DNA of 64,000 nucleotides from an uncultured delta proteobacterium (GTDB lineage Bacteria; Myxococcota; UBA727; VGSZ01): NCBI GenBank assembly GCA_963775425.1, contig CAVZJB010000003.1, positions 288,001 to 352,000 of the forward strand, read 5' to 3'. Shown piece by piece: positions 60,025 to 64,000 of this stretch (position 1 is its first letter; each line of letters starts with the position of its first letter). The notes under the pieces were generated by a model. It saw only the letters and a program-made list of their open reading frames with translations, ran no database searches and was not told where the DNA came from. The position numbers and the translations under genes were made by a program.

Positions 60025-61893
60025 TCAGCGCGGGCCATGGTGGCGCAGGAAGCCCTCCATGCCAATCACGCTGAAGAGGATGGCGCGCTTTTCGTCGTCG
60101 ACGCTCTCGCAGGAGGTGACGAACGCGTCGACGGCGTCGACGTCGAGGACCAGGGCGAGGCGCTCGCGCGCGACGGGCTCGGCGAGGAGCGCGCGGCACC
60201 GGTCGCGCCAGGCGTGACCGAGGCCTTCGTCCCGGGGCAGGGCGCTCTTGCGGCGCGCGACGATCTCGGGCGGCAACCAGGGCGCGACCGCGTCGCGCAG
60301 CGCCGCCTTCTCGGGGCCGCGGGGATCGCCGTCTTCGCGGAAGGCGGCGTCGACGTCGACGAGGTCGGCGGCGGTGACGACGCGGGAGTCGGCGAACGGC
60401 ACGCGCGCTTCGAGGCCGAAGGCCATCGTGTGCATGTCGCCGTTGTGCAGCAGCCGGGTGAGCCAGCGCTCACGCAACAAGGCGGCCATGGCGCGGCGGT
60501 TGCGGCGGAGCGCGCCGTGGCTGCCGTCGTCCGCCGTGAAGGCGTCGACGGTGCGCGCGTCGAAGTGCTGCAGTCGCTCGTCGACGAGCCACCGCAGCTC
60601 CTGCCGCACGAGGCCGCGCCGCGCGGAGAAGCCGAAGCGCTCGGCGAGCGCGCGCGGCGAAGCGCAGGTCGAGCGGTCGAGCGCGAACGCGTACCCGTAG
60701 TGCGTCTCGTCGGCGGCGTCGCCGACGAGGATCGCGCTCACGTCGCGGGACGCGGCCTGGGCCAGCGCCCGCTGCGAGAGCTCCTGCTCCCACGCGACGA
60801 TCCGATCCTGGGACGCGGTGAGATCCTCGAGATCGTCGACGAGCTGCCTGCGCGACGCCTGGACGCGCACGAGCTCGATGGGCCAGCGCTCGGCGAGGAG
60901 CTCGCTGTACGGGGCGTCGTCGCCGACGACGATGCTCCCCGGCGTCGTCCCGGGATCGTCGTCGAAGCGGATGCTGTAGCAGCGCAGCCTTCCCCCCTCG
61001 CCGGCCATCGCGTCGCGTCGCGCGCGCAGCGCCGCCGCGACGATCGCCGACGAGTCGACGCCGCCGGAGAGGAACGCGCCCACCGGGACGTCGGCGTCGA
61101 GGCGCTCGGCGACGGCGCGCTCGAGGCTCCCCGCGATGTCGCGCGCGCGGGGCGGTGCCGGCCCGGCCCGGTCCGGGCGGCGCAACCGCACCTGCACGGG
61201 GGTCCGGTCGGCAGCGCGGAGGTCGGCGAGGACCGGGCTCACCCCGCGGGGGAACGCGTGGGCGCCGAGGAACGGCACGTCGCCACCCGAGAGCGCGGGC
61301 GCGGCGAAGGTGCTCGCGGCGGCGCCCGGATCGAGCGGGATCGAGGGGAGGACCGCCGTCAGCGCCTTCAGCTCGGACGCGAACCAGATGGCGCCGTCGT
61401 GATGTGCCCAGACGAGCGGCTTGACGCCGAGCGGGTCGCGGCCGAGCACCGCGCGGCGCGCGCGCGCGTCCCACAGGCAGAACGCGTACTCCCCTTCGAT
61501 GTCCACCGGCGTCCGTGGCGGTTCGTCGTCGTCGCGCAGCAGCGCCAGCGCGAGCGCCCACAGCAGCACCTCGCTGTCGCTGTGCGTGCGAAAGATCGCA
61601 CCGCGCGTCTCGAGCAGCGGGCGCAGGCGGCGGTGGCCGTAGATCTCGCCGTTGACGACGAGGGTGAAGCGGCCGTCGGGCGTCGACATCGGCTGCCGCC
61701 CGTGCTCGACGTCGACGAGCGCGAGCCGCGTGTGCACCAGGGCGACGCCGTCGTCGACGAAGACGCCGTCGCCGTCGGGCCCGCGGTGCTGCAGGACGTC
61801 GCGCAGGGTGCGCGTGAAGGCCGGAGGCGGCCGGCCGCGCCGCGGGCAGGCCTCGTCGTCACGGTGAAAGAGGACGCCCGCGATCCCGCACAC
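60025..61893 (-). CDS. Glutamine-dependent amidotransferase, AsnB family
   Basis: GTG start gives MCGIAG (Ntn Cys); HRGPD, HTRLALVD, NGEIY, RDPLGVKPL, FASELKAL, FLSGGVDSS, GDAADETHYGY, EARVPF. Confidence 0.92.
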   Translation of the reverse strand: MCGIAGVLFHRDDEACPRRGRPPPAFTRTLRDVLQHRGPDGDGVFVDDGVALVHTRLALVDVEHGRQPMSTPDGRFTLVVNGEIYGHRRLRPLLETRGAIFRTHSDSEVLLWALALALLRDDDEPPRTPVDIEGEYAFCLWDARARRAVLGRDPLGVKPLVWAHHDGAIWFASELKALTAVLPSIPLDPGAAASTFAAPALSGGDVPFLGAHAFPRGVSPVLADLRAADRTPVQVRLRRPDRAGPAPPRARDIAGSLERAVAERLDADVPVGAFLSGGVDSSAIVAAALRARRDAMAGEGGRLRCYSIRFDDDPGTTPGSIVVGDDAPYSELLAERWPIELVRVQASRRQLVDDLEDLTASQDRIVAWEQELSQRALAQAASRDVSAILVGDAADETHYGYAFALDRSTCASPRALAERFGFSARRGLVRQELRWLVDERLQHFDARTVDAFTADDGSHGALRRNRRAMAALLRERWLTRLLHNGDMHTMAFGLEARVPFADSRVVTAADLVDVDAAFREDGDPRGPEKAALRDAVAPWLPPEIVARRKSALPRDEGLGHAWRDRCRALLAEPVARERLALVLDVDAVDAFVTSCESVDDEKRAILFSVIGMEGFLRHHGPR

Positions 61894-61946
61894 GTCCGTC
61901 GCAGTACCCCGTTCGCGCGCGCCTCGCACGGGCGTATCCCGCGCCC

Positions 61947-62711
61947 GTGCCGGTCACGCGCGTGCGCCCGCCGGGCGTCACCCCGTTGGAGCTGTGGGAC
62001 GTGCTCGTCGACGGCGCGCCGCTCCACCTCGTGCCCCCCGCGCGCTGGCCCGCCGCCGCCGCGCGCGTCGTGGCGGCGTTGCGCGCAGGGGCCGCCGCCC
62101 GGTCCGGCGCCGCCCCCTACGCGGCCGTCGACTTCCGCGACGTCGTCGTCGGCGGCGGGCGCGCGCGCGCCGTCGTGGACGCGCTGGCGGCCATCGGGAT
62201 CGCGGCTCGTGTCTCGCCGGATCCCACGTTTGTCGCCGCGGCCGGCGGCCGCCTCCTGCTCGCGAGCGTCGTCGGTGTCGTCGCGGGCGCAGGGGTCGTC
62301 GTCGACGTCGGACAGAGCGCGATCAAGCGATGCGGCGGCGGCGGCCGCGCCACCTTCGTCCGCGATCCGCGCGTCGTGCCGCCCACGCCGTCGCCCGCCG
62401 CCCGCGACGCCGCGTTGGACTTCATCGCCGCCGCCATGTCCCCCAAGCACGCGCGGCCGGCGGGGATCGTCCTCGCCTTGCCGTGCGAGATCGGCGACGA
62501 CGGCGCCGCCGGCGCGTGCACCTACCCCTGGCGCGAGGGCGAACGCATCGTCGACGATGTTCTTGCGCGCGCGGGCCTCGCCGGCGTGCCGTGCGCCGTC
62601 CTCAACGACGCCGAGCTCGCCGCCGTCTCCGTCGACGTGCTCCTCGGGCCGCCGCGGCCGACGCTGGTGCTGACAGCGGGCACCGGGCTTGGCGCCGCCT
62701 TGCTTACATGA
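61947..62711 (+). CDS. ROK-family-like sugar kinase (N-terminal half only)
   Basis: VVVDVGQSAIK, GIVLALP, VLNDAELAA, LVLTAGTGLGAAL, then stop. Confidence 0.62.
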   Translation: MPVTRVRPPGVTPLELWDVLVDGAPLHLVPPARWPAAAARVVAALRAGAAARSGAAPYAAVDFRDVVVGGGRARAVVDALAAIGIAARVSPDPTFVAAAGGRLLLASVVGVVAGAGVVVDVGQSAIKRCGGGGRATFVRDPRVVPPTPSPAARDAALDFIAAAMSPKHARPAGIVLALPCEIGDDGAAGACTYPWREGERIVDDVLARAGLAGVPCAVLNDAELAAVSVDVLLGPPRPTLVLTAGTGLGAALLT

Positions 62712-62856
62712 GCGCGCATCCCTTGGTCCGGGTCGGCCGCACGGACACAACAGCCCACATCCTCGCCGGTCTTTGACACGCGATCGGCCCGGCCGGTAAC
62801 GTCGAGAGGGCACCGTTTTTTCGGTGGAGGACGACGTCTTGGGCGCCGCGACCGAC

Positions 62857-64000
62857 ATGCGGTCGGCCGAGCCGGGGGATGAGCAACTCCCGCGCAAGTT
62901 CGACCGCTACAATCTCCTCAAGAAGCTCGCCACCGGCGGCATGGCCGAGATCTATCTGGCGAAGCAGTCGGGCCTCGAGGGCTTCGAGAAGGTCGTCGTC
63001 CTCAAGCGCATCCTGAGCCACCTCGCGCAGGACGAAGAGTTCGTCTCGATGTTCCTCGACGAGGCCCGCATCGCGGCCAAGCTGAGCCACCCGAACATCG
63101 TTCAGATCTACGACCTCGGGAAGGCCGACGGCACCTACTACATCGCGATGGAGTACGTGTCGGGCCGCAACGTCCAGCACATCATCGGCAAGCAGCAGGA
63201 CCGCGGCGAGCCCATCCCCGTCGAGCACGTGTGCCGCATCGTCGCCGGCGTCTGCGACGGGCTTCACTACGCGCACTCGCGCAAGGACTACGACGGCACG
63301 CCGCTCAACATCGTCCACCGCGACATCTCGCCGCAAAACGTCCTCGTCAGCTTCGCCGGCGGGGTGAAGGTCGTGGACTTCGGCATCGCCAAGGCGTCCA
63401 CGCAGCTCGCGCAGACGCGCGCCGGCGTGCTCAAGGGCAAGTACGCGTACATGTCGCCGGAGCAGGTGCGCGGCGCCAAGGTCGATCACCGCAGCGATCT
63501 GTTCGCCGTCGGCCTCGTCTTCTACGAGATGCTCACGGGCACGCGCGCCTTCGAGCGGGACAGCTCGCTCAAGACGCTCAAGGCCATCGTGCAGGAAAAG
63601 CCCCTCAACCCCCGGGAGCTCAATCCCGAGGTGCCCATGGAGGTGGTGAAGCTCCTGTCCAAGGCGCTCGAGAAGAACCCGGACCGCCGCTACAAGACCG
63701 CGCAGGAGATGCAGCTCGCCATCGAGGACTACCTCGAGACGTCGCCGAAGAAGTCCAACAACGTGCGGCTCAGCCGCTACATGTACGACCTCTTCGACGA
63801 CGAGCTGAACTCCGCCGACGGCACCATGGTGGTCAAGGGCATCGGCGAGGTGATCATCCCCGCCAGCCAGGGCGTGAAGCTCGTCCCGCGCGTCGAGGAG
63901 GAGGTCGATCACAAGACCCTCTCGGCGGCGCTGTTGCCCGCCAAGCGTGATCCCAACGAGAGCAAGGGGGCCACGCCGGCCAAGAAGGACGAGGCCGCCC
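62857..64000 (+). CDS. Hanks-type Ser/Thr protein kinase, runs off the window (absent from the ORF track)
   Basis: Read in frame from 62857: LATGGMAEIYLA, VVLKRIL, FLDEARI, HRDISPQN, DFGIAK, GKYAYMSPEQ; start may be TTG 62839. Confidence 0.93.
   Translation, partial: MRSAEPGDEQLPRKFDRYNLLKKLATGGMAEIYLAKQSGLEGFEKVVVLKRILSHLAQDEEFVSMFLDEARIAAKLSHPNIVQIYDLGKADGTYYIAMEYVSGRNVQHIIGKQQDRGEPIPVEHVCRIVAGVCDGLHYAHSRKDYDGTPLNIVHRDISPQNVLVSFAGGVKVVDFGIAKASTQLAQTRAGVLKGKYAYMSPEQVRGAKVDHRSDLFAVGLVFYEMLTGTRAFERDSSLKTLKAIVQEKPLNPRELNPEVPMEVVKLLSKALEKNPDRRYKTAQEMQLAIEDYLETSPKKSNNVRLSRYMYDLFDDELNSADGTMVVKGIGEVIIPASQGVKLVPRVEEEVDHKTLSAALLPAKRDPNESKGATPAKKDEAA

Noticed and set aside
54277-61893. Lasso peptide cluster
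   Set aside because: Asn-synthetase-like genes, a kinase and a GT are present, but I found no B1/RRE, no B2 transglutaminase-like peptidase and no precursor ORF.
52668-62820. Integrative element inserted at the rRNA operon
   Set aside because: No integrase, transposase or flanking direct repeats were seen; an accessory origin is plausible but unsupported.

Overview
Very GC-rich chromosomal segment from a Myxococcota-like deltaproteobacterium. The lineage is inferred from the rRNA genes, eukaryote-like Ser/Thr kinases, several FHA proteins, an MshEN protein and a MYXO-CTERM-like tail. Bases 1-47,000 are mostly core or semi-core genes: beta-oxidation fadN-fadA, oligopeptidase A, an orphan ArsA, an M1+M28+PDZ peptidase, an Omp85/BamA-family protein, a C-terminally truncated RecA paralogue, cbs and cgl, dprA, trmFO-xerC, a TatT-type TRAP transporter, FHA/pseudokinase genes, Opp/Dpp permeases and yicC-gmk. 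A complete rRNA operon (16S, tRNA-free ITS, 23S, 5S) spans about 47.2-52.7 kb. The best candidate for an undescribed system follows it: a translationally coupled seven-gene operon on the minus strand (54277-61893). It encodes an AsnB-type amidotransferase, a GT1 glycosyltransferase, a PIG-L deacetylase, an FkbM-like methyltransferase, an APH-like kinase, a radical SAM enzyme and a second Asn-synthetase-like ligase lacking the glutaminase Cys. It is flanked by a divergent half-ROK kinase-like gene and a convergent CmcI-like methyltransferase, and it has no NRPS, PKS or RiPP core gene. Its distal end carries a 389-bp tandem amplification whose copies differ mostly at synonymous sites. All calls come from reading motifs by eye; no database searches were run.
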